Shown piece by piece: positions 1-11,820 of a DNA stretch of 64,000 bases. Source of the stretch: Octopus vulgaris (lineage: Eukaryota); the NCBI GenBank assembly GCA_951406725.2, contig OX597837.1, forward strand, positions 2,852,001 through 2,916,000, in the 5' to 3' direction. Each line of letters begins with the position of its first letter. The first letter of the stretch is position 1. Position numbers and translations under genes: made by a program. The notes beneath the pieces are model-generated. The model saw nothing but the letters and a program-made list of their open reading frames with translations. It was not told the origin of the DNA and ran no database searches.

Positions 1-345
1 ACCTTCTGTACTTGAGGAGACTTATTGAGTCAAGTACATCAAAATAAAAATAAAAATCAAATGGAAATTGTAGTTGTGATACCTGTGCTGGTGGCACGTA
101 AAAAGCACCATCTGAACGTGGCTGATGCCAGCGCCGCCTTGACTGGCTTCCATGCCGGTGACACGTAAAAAGCACCCACTACACTCATGGAGTTGTTGGC
201 GTTAGGAAGGGCATCCAGCTGTAGAAACACTGTCAGATCAGACTGGAGCCTGGTGCAGCCTCCTGGCTTCCTAGACCTCGGTCGAACCATCCGACCATGC
301 TAGCATGGAAAACGGACGTTAAACGATGATGATAATAATGGATGC
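1..345 (+). mobile_element. 3' part of an abundant retroposon (SINE/RTE-tail type) ending in a (GAT)n tail
   Basis: GGCGTTAGGAAGGGCATCCAGC...GCTAGCATGGAAAACGGACGTTAAACGATGATGAT; same family recurs inverted at ~6227, 16830, 33710, 53420 and 63780. Confidence 0.7.
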
Positions 346-630
346 AGAAAATCCTAAGAGCAAACCAACACGCTCATGGCATTACCACAGGTGATGACGA
401 GGGTAAGACTTCGGAATAGCAAAGAATCCTCTCCGGCATCACTTAGCAACTCAGTAAGGTGACATCATAACTAATTTTGCCTAGTGGTTTATTATTTACA
501 TTTTCACCTGCCAATAATATATATCTTATTAATATTCTAAAGATTAAAGAGATTCTCTTGGAAAATGTTTTTAAAACGTATGTATTATATCTGGTTTCAA
601 TATTTTACTTTTAAGAAAAGTTAAACCTCG

Positions 631-1056
631 CATATTTTTGGTTTGAACGGCAGTTTTTTCTAGCGGTGTCATATGAAATTGTCACCCATAATTATGACCC
701 TAGTAACGATCTATTGCATTTCAATCTGTTTTAGGGTTAGGGTTAGAGGTCGGGGGAAGGGTATATTTTTTATTCACAAATGTAAATAAACCCAATCTGT
801 TTCTTAAACGAAGGACATATTCATACGGCACAGAATGGGTTGTTTTTTTATACCTCAATAGACGTCATTGATTGGTTGAAATTGCAGAAATTAAAGAAAA
901 AAAAAACAATAAATATCTTACAAACTATAGAATTTTCTCAATAAAGCCAAGAGAAAAAGATGTTTTATAAACACATTCTACCAGTATACGAAGTTTAAAA
1001 GCGTTTAGTTATGTGGAAATTATTTTTAAAAACTGCCGGTCAAACCGAAAAGATCG
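631..1056. mobile_element. ~410-bp MITE, GGATCTTTTCGGTTTGA..TCAAACCGAAAAGATCC family
   Basis: Degenerate terminal inverted repeats; body near-identical to copies at 7267, 8360, 10298, 18963 and 55247; contains TTAGGG repeats and CCAAT/TGACGTC. Confidence 0.8.
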
Positions 1057-1116
1057 TAAACGTCTACAAGAAACATTGTGTGCAGACATCTGCAAGTGAA
1101 CGCTAGCGTTGCAGTT

Positions 1117-1325
1117 GTAATATTTGGATACGAAAGTGCGGCGATGGGCTTATCATTCAGCTTCAGTTGTTTGTGGTGAGATACTGGGAATTTATTCTTG
1201 GAGATCCGACGAGCGACTGGAATGGTGTGGAATGCAGCAAATAAAACGTTGGTAAATCTCGTTCTGACTGTCAGATATTTAGTTTATTGAAGACATACAA
1301 CAGACATTGTCTACATCTGAAAACG
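1117..1325 (+). promoter_or_regulatory. Putative promoter and non-coding exon 1 of ZNF gene 1
   Basis: GTAATATTTGGATACGAAAGTGCGGC (core 1131-1142); donor AAACG|GTAAGT at 1325/1326; homologous block precedes all six ZNF ORFs; matching acceptor TTTCAG ends at 3650. Confidence 0.6.
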
Positions 1326-1411
1326 GTAAGTTGATGAACATCTATTTTAATGCTGTAATAACGTATTTAAATAACAGAATCGTGTTTCACTTGGTTGATT
1401 AAGGTGATTAT

Positions 1412-1756
1412 ATATTTCTTTACTACCCTCAAGGGGCCAAACACAGAGGGGACAAACAAATGAATTAAGACGATTACATCGACCCAGTACGAAGCTGATA
1501 CTTTATTTATCGACCCAGAGAGGATGAAAGGCAAAGTCGACTTCGGCGGAATTTGAACTCAGAACATAAAGACAGATGAAATACCTATTTCTTTATTACC
1601 CACAAGGGGCTAAACATAGAGGGGACAAACAAGGACAGGCAAACGGATTAAGTCGATTATATCGACCCCAGTGCGAAACTGGTACTTTATTTATCGACCC
1701 CGAAAGGATGAAAGGCAAAGTTGACCTCGGCGGAATTTGAACTCAGAACGTAACGA
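1412..1756 (-). mobile_element. Head-to-tail dimer of a tRNA-derived SINE
   Basis: Two copies of TATTTCTTTA..CCCACAAGGGGC..GACCCCGAAAGGATGAAAGGCAAAG..GAATTTGAACTCAGAAC; B-box GAGTTCAAAT on the minus strand. Confidence 0.8.
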
Positions 1757-1962
1757 CATGGTAATTATACTGAAGTGAACGACGACGGAGTTCCGATCAA
1801 AGAATGCCATTTAACCCGTTGGCCAGTTACAGATTCTTGATCGATGCACATTTTGTAACTTGTCTTAACATTTTTAGCTTTTGGTGGTTTCAGGAATTTT
1901 TTGTGTTCTGCAAACTCTATCTCCTGCGATGAAGCAAAAAAAAAAAAAAAGAGAAAAAATTG

Positions 1963-2123
1963 GGCGTAACTTCGGTATAGGTACCGGATACATTTCAAGA
2001 ATATGTTTTTTTTTTATATATATAGGGGGGTTAGGGTTTGTGTTAGGGGTGGGAGAAAAGGGTTTCTGCTATCTTCAGAAATGTAAACAAAGCCACTTAC
2101 GGTACCTATACCGAAGGATCGCC
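1963..2123. mobile_element. Small MITE (GGCG..CTTCGGTATAGGTACCG termini)
   Basis: Terminal inverted repeats; other copies at 45486-45635 and 56136-56313. Confidence 0.75.
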
Positions 2124-2399
2124 ATATATTGTAATTTAAATTCCCCCCCTCTACCACCACCACCACAAATTTTAAATTTGAACTTTCAAAAAGAAATTTG
2201 GTAATTGTTCCGTTTACGAGCGTTGGAGCCAAACGTCACTTTAGTGTATTTATTATGTCCCTTTGATGTTTTCTTCCATTCATTAATTGAACGATTACCA
2301 AAAAAAATTTTTTTATCAAGGTTTTACACGAAGCGAGTCTGTATGTGTGTGTATACAGGAAAACAATTCCTAACAGGAAAGTATGCTATTAAACAAAGT

Positions 2400-2643
2400 G
2401 GCATTCCTTCGATATAACTCGACAAAATCAAAACATTTCACTTCGAGTATTTCCGTGGGTTGTGGAATATAGATATAACGAAATTATGCCAGCAATGTCT
2501 CATATTTGTTCTTAACTGTTTCATGTGTGTATGTAAAATCCGCAAATTTCCAAGCAGAAAACAGAATCGAACTGTCATTTGCTTCCACGGAAATACCCGA
2601 AGTGAATTGCTTTGATTTTGTCGAGTTATATCGAAAGAATGCC
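2400..2643. mobile_element. MITE with GGCATTCYTTCGATATAACTCGAC termini
   Basis: ~30-bp terminal inverted repeats; second copy at 35824-36093 has an 8-bp TSD AGATATTT. Confidence 0.8.
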
Positions 2644-2649
2644 AACAAA

Positions 2650-3200
2650 TAATAATAATAATGAAATTATTGTATACAGTGCTCAGGTGCACCACAACTT
2701 GTCAGAAAGTGTGTATAAAGTGTATGCAGTAATGTACAAATGCCTGGAAAGCGAACAATGTATGAGTCAGATACATGCTTGTGTGTGTATGGAAGGGAGA
2801 AAATCAGGTGTAGTGTTGGTGAATCTCAGAAAGCATGGAAGTTTTGAAGGATGCAGTGCTCCGACAACTAACAACTGATGCCGGCAGTTTGTTCCATGCT
2901 TCAGCAACTCTCATCGTGAAAAAATGTTTCCTTAAGTCATGGGAGCTGTGCTGTTTCCTGACTTTGTAAACATGTCCACGGGTGTTAGACGGTTGGAGTT
3001 TGAAAAGGTGCTCAGAGTTATTGTTTGTAAGATGGTTAATAATTTTATGGGTGTCTGCCAAGTCAGCTGCCAGACGTCGGAGTTTCAATGTGTCCATGCT
3101 CAGGGAAGTAAAGCGTTCAGAATATGGCAAATGCCTGATGGAAGGTATTCTTTTGGTTGCACGTCGCTGAACGACACCCAGACGATTAATATCCTGGGCA
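2650..3200 (-). mobile_element. 5'-truncated CR1/L2-like LINE (ORF2 C-terminus, 3'UTR, (ATT)n tail)
   Basis: ORF 2804-3130: LRRLAADL..TRGH..K..FFTMRV...WNKLP, the typical CR1/L2 ORF2 end; near-identical copy at 17181-17660. Confidence 0.85.
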
Positions 3201-4013
3201 AGATAGGGATTCCAAAGTTATCTTTTACGTACATTTTTAAAAATCTCTGGATAAACCCCAGTATTTTGCGGGACCACTGTTTGCTAGTGTTTATTTATGA
3301 TGATTAATCATTAGAAAAGGCTTTTATTTTTTAGTGTGACCTTGAAACAAACGTTTTTCTGAATTTTAAATTTTTGGCAAAATATTGCCTTAATAATCAT
3401 TGTCAATTATTGTCATATATGTAGTGTTACACAATCTGAAAGTGTATATGTAGTCTGTAAATGTATGAACTTTGTACCACTTTCATTGTATAATGTTATG
3501 TAAATAACAATTTATGAATATAAGTTTAGATTTTGCAGTAAAAGATTATATCTATAGTTTATCAATATAGAATTAATGTAAAATTTCACTGTTGAATCTC
3601 CATTTTTTAAAATATCTTTGTAATCTTAAACTATTTCTCAATCATTTCAGAACATCAGATGACATTGTCATTTATTGCCACTTACAGAGAAAAGGAAGGT
3701 GATATACAGAAGAGCCACAACTCTGTGAGTGTCTCATTGAATTAATGACAGTTACTGAGAGTTGATTCTTCCAAGTGAAACGTTTCTCCTGATTGTCTGG
3801 AAGGTCTATGAGAAGATTTTGTGTTCTAATTGGATTTGGACTGATTTACTAAGAAGTTTGCTACCTCATTCTTATAACAATAAAGAAGCTTGCTACCTCA
3901 TTCTGATAGTCACAAAGATAACAGTTGATGGAGGTATTGCATTAGAACAGTTTTCATCAGTGCAGTAAAGGGGAAAATATATAACTTGTGTGACCAAAAA
4001 AAAAATAAGAAGA

Positions 4014-4895
4014 ATGGATTTTTCTGAAAAATTGCCAAAGAAGGAGGAAAAATCATCACACTCGTGTGATATCTGTCATAAGACATTTTCTCTGAAGGGT
4101 AACCTTACTCATCATAAACTGATTCACAGAAAGAGGCCACATTATTGTGATACCTGTGGTAAATTGTTTTCTCAAATGCATTTATTAACCACTCACAAAC
4201 TCGTTCATTCTGGAGAAAGACCATATGAATGTGGTATCTGCACTAAATCATTCTCTGACAGACACAGCTTAGCCAAACACATAGATATTCATACAGGTGA
4301 AAAGCCATATCGCTGTGATATCTGTGGTAAATCATTCTTGCGTAAGCATTCCTTAGTTGTTCACAAACAGGTCCATACTGGAGAAAAGCCACATGCCTGT
4401 GACATCTGTGGTAAATCTTTCTCTCGAGTACATCATTTGGTTACTCACAAAAACTTCCATATGGGAGAAAGGCCGTATACCTGTAATATCTGTGGTCAGT
4501 CATTCACTTTGAAAAGTCACTTAGAAGGTCACAAACGTACTCACACAGGTGAAAAACCATATCGCTGTGATATCTGTGGTAAATCATTCACTCGAAGTGA
4601 CAGCCTGACTTGCCACATTCGTGTTCATACAGGTGAGAAACCCTTTCAGTGTAATATTTGTGGTGAGTCATTCTCTGAAAGGGGCAATTTAGCTAAACAC
4701 AAATACCTTCATACAGGTGAGAAACTGTATCACTGTGATATCTGTGGAAAATCATTCTTTCAAAAAGTACACTTAAAATCTCACTTACTTATTCACACTG
4801 GGGAGAAACCATATCCCTGTAAAATCTGTGGTAAATCATTCACAAGTGGAAGTACATTAACTGTTCACCATAAACGTGTTCATACAGGTACATAA
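4014..4895 (+). CDS. Poly-C2H2 zinc finger protein (ZNF gene 1), 10 fingers
   Basis: ATG 4014 (MDFSEKLP...), 10 x CxxC-x12-HxxxH with TGEKPY-type linkers, stop at 4895; no KRAB/ZAD/BTB domain visible. Confidence 0.92.
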   Translation: MDFSEKLPKKEEKSSHSCDICHKTFSLKGNLTHHKLIHRKRPHYCDTCGKLFSQMHLLTTHKLVHSGERPYECGICTKSFSDRHSLAKHIDIHTGEKPYRCDICGKSFLRKHSLVVHKQVHTGEKPHACDICGKSFSRVHHLVTHKNFHMGERPYTCNICGQSFTLKSHLEGHKRTHTGEKPYRCDICGKSFTRSDSLTCHIRVHTGEKPFQCNICGESFSERGNLAKHKYLHTGEKLYHCDICGKSFFQKVHLKSHLLIHTGEKPYPCKICGKSFTSGSTLTVHHKRVHTGT

Positions 4896-5580
4896 ATATA
4901 TCACTGTGATGTTTGTGCTAAACCATTCTTCTATGGTCATGTTTTAAATACACACAATTGTATTCAAAATGTTGAAAGCCATATCATTGTAACATCTGTG
5001 GGAAGTCATTCTCTGTAAAAGTTTATATTAAGTAGACAGAAATACACTTATATCTACAGGACAGTAGCTGTACCTATTTCTTTACTGTGCACAAGGGGCT
5101 ACGCACAGAGGGAACAAACAAGGGCAGACAAACGGATTAAGTCGATTATATCGACCCCAGTGCGTAACTGGTACTTATTCAAATGACCCCGAAAGGATGA
5201 AAGGCAAAGTTGACCTCGGTGGAATTTGAACTCAGAACGTAGCGGCTGACGAAATACCATAAAGCATTTCGCCCAGCGTGCTAACTATTCTGCCAGCTCG
5301 CCACCTTAGGACATTAGCTGTACCACTGTCATGTGTTATAAATAATTCCCTCAAACCCCAGTCATTTAAGTATTTTCAGATGTATTTGTACAGGTGAGAT
5401 ACTCCATCAGCACGATATTTGTGGTAAATCTTTCTTACAAATTACTGTCATAAGAAAGCACAATTGCATTTTTTGCAGGAGAAAAACCATATCACTGTAA
5501 TATCTGTGATAAATCATTCTCTGTAAGAAGTGCTTTAACTACTCACGAATGCATTGTTACAGGTAAAAAAAACCATATGG
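4896..5580 (+). pseudogene. Decayed zinc-finger repeats downstream of the gene 1 stop codon
   Basis: Finger-like segments (CACTGTGATGTTTGTGCTAAACCATTC; GGAGAAAAACCATATCACTGTAATATCTGTGATAAATCATTC) with stops and a SINE insertion; homologous relic after gene 2. Confidence 0.7.
5074..5307 (-). mobile_element. Full-length tRNA-derived SINE (same family as 1412-1756)
   Basis: Minus strand starts GGTGGCGAGCTGGCAGAATAGTTAGC (A-box) and has GAGTTCAAATTCC (B-box). Confidence 0.8.
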
Positions 5581-6097
5581 TCATTAGCATTCTATTGTTG
5601 TCAGAGACATGACAATGTCTTCAGTTCTGGTTCCACAATAAAATGCATCCAGTACAATGTAAACAGTCATTAAAACCATCCACCAAAAATGGAAAAGAGA
5701 AGTGAAATGTTTTCCCTGACTCATCTAGGACTTGAAACAGAGCTTTCCTTTTTGTTATGGTAACAATAATTATAAAGTCATTAAATATATTGTATTGGTT
5801 ATTGATTGATTAGCTGTTATTAAAATGACTTGTGTTTTAACAGGTTCAAATTGTTGTTCACTTTCGTTTTTCATTTGATTTAATTTAATGATGTTTAACA
5901 TTTACTTATTTTAGTCATCCTTAACTTTGCAAACTGATTCGTTCTCTGTTTTGCACATTCACTAAAACTGTGCTTAGTCTAACTTAGTCTAAGTTAACAC
6001 ATTCAACCTCAGGTCAATTCAAATTGCAAAAAAGAGTAAAATAAAATGTATTCCAGTTATTTCCAAACTGAAATTTAGAAAAGTTTTTCTAAAAATT

Positions 6098-6370
6098 AAC
6101 ATGGTTCCGGGTTCATTCCCACTGTGTGGCATCTAGGGCAAGTGTCTTCGACTATAGCCTCGGACCGACCAAAGCCTTGTGAGTGGAATTAGTAGACGGA
6201 AACTGAAAGAAGCCCATCGTATATATCATCATTATCATCACGTTTAGCATCCGCTTTCCATGCTAGCATGGGTTGGACGGTTCAACTGGGGTCTGGGAAG
6301 CCAGAAGGCTGCACCAGGCCCAGTCTGATCTGGCAATGTTTCTACGGCTGGATGCCCTTCCTAACGCCAG

Positions 6371-6401
<31 letters not shown>

Positions 6402-6600
6402 CTGTGTTTGTCCCCCCCCCCCAGCATCACTTGACAACTGATGCTGGTGCATTTACGTCCCTGTAACTTAGCGGTTCGGCAAAAAGAGACCGATAGAATA
6501 AGTACTAGGCTTCCAAAGAATAAGTCTTGGGGGCAATTTGCTCGACTAAAGGCGGTGCTCCAGCATGGCCGCAGTCAAATGGCTGAAACAAGTAAAAGAG
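6098..6600 (+). mobile_element. tRNA-derived SINE (CACATGGTTCCGGGTTCAGTCCC family) interrupted by a (CAT)n-tailed retroposon piece at ~6227-6370
   Basis: Matches about 10 dispersed copies ending GACTGAAACAAGTAAAAGAG. Confidence 0.8.
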
Positions 6601-6629
6601 TGTGTGTCTCAAAAAGAATGACCGTAATA

Positions 6630-7250
6630 CAGGGTGGTCCGAAAGTCTTATCACCCCCCCCCCTTACTGAAAAGTAATAAAAACAATACAATATCAAACA
6701 CATGTACTAGTATATTCCCTTTCATTGATACTGTTACACATCAAGAAGGGTTATATGAACACCATCATTTTCGTGGAACAATATGATGCGGTGCCATGTC
6801 CTGTATGATATTTTACAAAGTTGTGCTTTGGTGATTGCTGCATAGACTGCCAAAACAGCATCCTTCAACTGATGGATATTCTGGTATTGCTTTAGTGAAA
6901 CTGTCCTTGATAATACTCCACAGTGTTGTAGCAAGTCATGAAGTCTGAAGTTCTGGGATGCCAATCGAGAGATGCTGGAAGTTGTGGTCCTCACCCATCC
7001 ATCTATCCTCGCATAGGGGGGTGGGGCGCCATCTTGTTAAAACCAGCAATCATTGAAACCCACATTCAACCACTGGAACTGTGAAACAAACCAATCCCTT
7101 TAACATGGCAAGGTAAGACTGCTGGTTAACAGAGCCCTCCAATAAATAAGGTCCTATTAAGTGCTTACTCGATATAGCGACCCAAATTATCACATGCGTG
7201 GGGGTGTGCTTAAGTTCTTCATAATAGTGCAGCAGCCTTTGCAACAATCA
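6630..7250 (-). mobile_element. Degenerate Tc1/mariner-superfamily transposon (C-terminal DDD transposase relic)
   Basis: TA-CAGGGTG terminus at ~6628; minus-strand peptides VIIWVAISSKHLIGPY..GSVNQQSYLAML, QDGAPP and QLKDAV..TWHRI...NDG.H. Confidence 0.75.
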
Positions 7251-7266
7251 CCAAAGCACAGCTTCG

Positions 7267-7679
7267 GGATCTTATCGGTTTGAATGGCAGTTTATTCTAG
7301 CGGTGTCATATGAAATTGTCACCCATGATTATGACCCTAGTATCGATCTATTGCATTTCAATCTGTTTTAGGGTAATGGGTGGGGGAAGGGTATCTTTTT
7401 TTCTTCAGATATGTAAATAAACCCAATCTGTTTCTTAAACGAGGGACATATTCATACGGCACAGAATGTTTTTTTTACCTCAATAGACGTTATTGATTGG
7501 TTGAAATTGCAGAAATTGAAGAAAAAAAATAACAAATATCTTACAAACCATAGAATTTTCTCAATGAAGCCAAGAGAAAAAGATGTTTTATAAACACATT
7601 CTACCAGTATACGAAGTTTAAAAGTGTTTGGTTACCTAGAAATTATGTTAAAAAACTGCCTTTCAAACCGAAAAAATCC
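7267..7679. mobile_element. GGATCT-family MITE
   Basis: GGATCTTATCGGTTTGAA..TTCAAACCGAAAAAATCC termini; shared body. Confidence 0.85.
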
Positions 7680-8024
7680 GTTAATTTTTTAATTGAAAAT
7701 TTAGATAATTTCATATTTACATATGTAACACATACATAATACAAATCCAAGACCGAAGAAAACACAAACGAGCGAAAAAAACATAGAAAAGGCATAAATT
7801 CAACATCAATATACATCTTGTTAATATTCTAAAGATTAAAGCAATTTTTTTGATTTTTTGAAAATGAATATTTTTAAAACGTATTTATTATATCTGGTTT
7901 TGATATTTTACTTCTAAGAAAAATTAAACCTCGACTAGAAACATTGTGGTGCACCTGAGCACTGTATACAATAATTTCATTATTATTCAGCACCACATAT
8001 TGTGAAAAGCTATCATAGCGGTTT

Positions 8025-8205
8025 CTAATATTTGGGTTCGAAAGTACGGCTAGAGACTAAGAACTCGGCTACAATTCTTGGTGAAGATCTCAGGAGAGAC
8101 TGGAAATTTGATGCGGAATCAAGTAAATGACACATTGATGGATCTCATTCCAACTGTCAGATATTTTCTTTGGTAGTTTGGTAAAAACTGTGCATCTGGA
8201 AAACG
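8025..8205 (+). promoter_or_regulatory. Putative promoter and non-coding exon 1 of ZNF gene 2
   Basis: CTAATATTTGGGTTCGAAAGTACGGC (core 8039-8050); donor AAACG|GTGAGT at 8205/8206; acceptor TTTCAG ends at 11455. Confidence 0.6.
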
Positions 8206-8359
8206 GTGAGTTGATAAACATAGTTTTTAATACCGTAATATTGTATTTAAATAATAGAATCGTGTTTCTCCTGGCTGATAATGGTAAGAGTTCTGATCAA
8301 AGAATTCCATTTAACCCCCGTCGGTCTCTCACGGATTTCTGGATCGAAGCACACTTTGT

Positions 8360-8764
8360 GGATCTTTTCGGTTTGACCGGCAGTTTTTTAAAATAATTTC
8401 CACGTAACTAAACACTTTTAAACTTCGTATACTGGTAGAATGTGTTTATAAAACATCTTTTTCTCTTGGCTTTATTGAGAAAATTCTACAGTTTGTAAGA
8501 TTTTGTTGTTTTTTTCTTCAATTTCAACCAATCAATGACGTCTATTGAGGTAAAAAAAACATTCTATGCCGTATAAATATGTCCCTCGTTTAAGAAACAG
8601 ATTAGGTTTATTTACATTTCTGAAGAAAAAAAAAGACACCCTTCCCCCACCCCTAACCCTAAAACAGATTGAAATGCAATAGATCGATTCTAGGGACATA
8701 ATTATGGGTGACAATTTCATATGACACCGCTAGAAAAAAACTGCCGTTCAAACCGAAAAGATCC
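8360..8764. mobile_element. GGATCT-family MITE with 8-bp TSD
   Basis: Perfect terminal inverted repeats, TSD CACTTTGT on both sides; absent at the paralogous site in gene 1 (~1850). Confidence 0.9.
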
Positions 8765-9139
8765 CACTTTGTAACTTGTCTTAACAGTTTTAGTTTTTGG
8801 TAGTTTCAGGAAATTTTTGTCACTTTGTCTTTTACAAACTCCTGCGATGAAGCAACAAAAAAAAATTGATAAACACATAAATTGTAATTTGAACTTTCGA
8901 AAAAAGAAAAATTTCTAATCAAGGTTTTAAAACGCGAACATTATGAATCTTGCATGATTTTAGTTTTTATTTCATTCATTTCAGAATAAAAATTGAAAAT
9001 GTTGAGCTGTAATTTTGCGCTTCAATGGAATTTTTATTTGATCTGTATTAACTTCAAAAAGTGATTATTTACGATGATTAATCGTGAAAAAAAAAGGGGT
9101 TATTCTTTCGTAATGTGTTGAAACATGTGTTTACACACA

Positions 9140-9499
9140 GCGATCGGTAATTTCCGTAAAAGAAATCTTGGGTCGGGGGAATGTACATTTTCTTTGATCT
9201 CACGATAAAGTGAAACAGAAATTTGACAGGGACATGTCGGTGAGGATGCGAGACAAAGTGTGTTTTGTGTGTATGTGTGAGAGAAAAAGAAAGAGAGATG
9301 CGTTGCTGTGTGTGTGTGTGTGTGTGAGAGAGAGAGTAACAGCGTATATTTTTTATTTAATTTTCCTCGAATCCGTTTTTGAGTGTGTGGGTGATCGACT
9401 GAGAATGAGAGAGGTGTGTGTTGTCGGAAAGAGAGAAAGAGCGTAAATTTTATTTACTTTTTCTCGCATCCTTTTTTTAGTGAGTGTGTACACACAGCA

Positions 9500-9531
<32 letters not shown>

Positions 9532-10042
9532 CAGTCAAATACACACTCACTAAAGAGATGCGAGAATGTAAAAAAGGAGAAAGCAAAGTCTTCAGTGTGA
9601 GTATTTTGGTTTGTGGGGTCAACCGCCTCCTCCGCTTCATTTTTTTGTTAATCACTTATTCTCATTTAATTGTTAGTTTATTCATACGTTTCGTCTCATT
9701 CGATACCCTGACTCCAACGTTTGTTTTGTCCCCTCTTTTTCTCAACCTTATGGTGAATAAAGAAATACTCTCTCTCTCTTTCTCTCTCTCTCAGTCAATC
9801 ACACACTCAAAAAAAGATGCGAGAAAAATTAAATTAAAAAAATTTACGCTGTTACACTCTCCCTCACACACAAACACATCTTTCTCTCTTTCTCACACCC
9901 ACATGCTCACACTTTCTGTCTCGCACTCCCTGTCGACATATACACACATCCCTATCAGATTTTCACTTTTTCGTAAGATCAGAGGAAATGTACATTTCCA
10001 CCCACAAGAGAAAAAACAGATTTTTACGAAAATTACCGAACG
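9140..10042. mobile_element. Long inverted-repeat MITE with (GT/GA)..(TC/AC)-rich arms
   Basis: CGATCGGTAATTTCCGTAAAA..TTTTACGAAAATTACCGAACG termini and long imperfect inverted arms; related ends at ~10970, 18210, 25900, 41854-42941 and 47045. Confidence 0.7.
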
Positions 10043-10297
10043 CTGTGTGTAAACAGCTGTTTCTGTTTGACGTATTTTGAACGCATAACGAAAGAATACC
10101 AAAAAAGGGCTTTTCTTTTTGAGAGTAACCTCGAAACGAACGTTTTTATGAATTTTAAGTTTTTGGCAAAATATTGCCATAATAAACGCTGCTGTTTGTT
10201 GTGATATATGTAGGTGTTTGTGGAGTTTGCAAATGTATGAACTTTGTACCACTGTCATTGCATAATGTAATGTAAATAACAATTTACGAATATAAGG

Positions 10298-11339
10298 GAT
10301 CTTTTCGGTTTGACCGGCAGTTTTTTAAAATAATTTCTTTGTAACTAAACACTTTTAAACTTCGTATACTGGTAGAATGTGTTTATAAAACATCTTTTTA
10401 GTGTGTGTGAAGAGACAGAGAGAGTAATGTGTGAAAGAGAGAGATAACTGATTTTTTACTCGGTGTATGTGTATATGTATGTATGCATGTATGTGTGTGT
10501 GTGTGTATGTATCTATGTATGTGTGTGTGTGTATGTATGTATGTATGGCCGATTCATAGTAATTTTTTACTCGGTGTATGTGTATATGTATGTCTGCATG
10601 TATGTGTGTGTGTGTATGTTTCTATGTGTGTGTGTGTGTGTGTAAGTATGTGTGTGTGTATGTATGTATGTATGTGTGTGTGTGTATGTATCTATGTATG
10701 TGTGTGTGTGTAAGTATGTGTGTGTGTATGTATGTATGTGTGTGTGTGTATGTATCTATGTATGTGTGTGTGTGTAAGTATGTGTGTGTGTATGTATGTA
10801 TGTGTGTGTGTGTATGTATCTATGTATGTGTGTGTGTGTATGTATGTATGTATGGCCGATTCATAGTAATTTTTTACTCGGTGTATGTGTATATGTATGT
10901 CTGTCTCTTCACACAATCGCTTCCTCTTAGTCTCTTTCGCTCTCATTACTTATGTAAAAAAATAAAAGTTTTTTACGGAAATCGACGGAAATCTGTGCTA
11001 CTACAACCGAAACTATGCCTCTTTTTCTCTTGGCTTTATTGAGAAAATTCTATGGTTTGTAAGATATTTGTTGTGTTTTTTTCTTCAATTTCTGCAATTT
11101 CAACCAATCAATGACGTCTATTGAGGTAAAAAAACATTCTGTGCCGTATGAATATGTCCCTCGTTTAAGAAACAGATTGGGTTTATTTACATTTCTGAAG
11201 AAAAAAAAAAGACACCCTTCCCCCACCCCTAACCATAAAACAGATTGAAATGCAATAGATCGATACTAGGGTCATAATTATGGGTGACAATTTCATATGA
11301 CACCGCTAGAAAAAACAGCCGTTCAAACCGAATAAATCC
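10298..11339. mobile_element. GGATCT-family MITE split by a nested element with a compound (TG/TA) microsatellite at ~10460-10900
   Basis: MITE halves at 10298-10398 and ~11018-11339; microsatellite with a duplicated GGCCGATTCATAGTAATTTTTTACTCGG block. Confidence 0.75.
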
Positions 11340-11820
11340 TTGCAGTAAAAGATTATATCTATAGTTTATCAATATAGAATTAATGTAAAATTTCAGTTGA
11401 ATCTCCATTTTTTAAAATATCTTTGTAATCTTAAACTATTTCTCAATCATTTCAGAACATCAGATGACATTGTCATTTATTGCCACTTACAGAGAAAAGG
11501 AAGGTGATATACAGAAGAGCCACAAACTCTGTGAGTGTCTCATTGAATTAATGACAGTTACTGAGAGTTGATTCTTCCAAGTGAAACGTTTCTCCTGATT
11601 GTCTGGAAGGTCTATGAGAAGATTTTGTGTTCTAATTGGATTTGGACTGATTTACTAAGAAGTTTGCTACCTCATTCTTATAACAATAAAGAAGCTTGCT
11701 ACCTCATTCTGATAGTCACAAAGATAACAGTTGATGGAGGTATTGCATTAGAACAGTTTTCATCAGTGCAGTAAAGGGGAAATATATAACTGTTGTGTGA
11801 CGAAAAAAAAAATAAGAAGA

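Noticed and set aside
731-748. Telomere or interstitial telomeric site
   Set aside because: Only 2-3 TTAGGG units, and they are part of a MITE body
3762-3968. 68-aa ORF identical in genes 1 and 2 (also 11568-11774)
   Set aside because: TTG start; identity reflects the duplicated UTR; the frame is interrupted or truncated in other paralogs
3990-4013. GTG-started N-terminal extension of ZNF genes 1 and 2
   Set aside because: All paralogs share the downstream ATG (MDF/MNF); the extension crosses a poly-A run
9480-10052. 190-aa ORF
   Set aside because: Lies within a low-complexity MITE and has no recognisable domain
10463-11042. Cys/Val/Tyr-rich ORFs
   Set aside because: Translations of a TG/TA microsatellite
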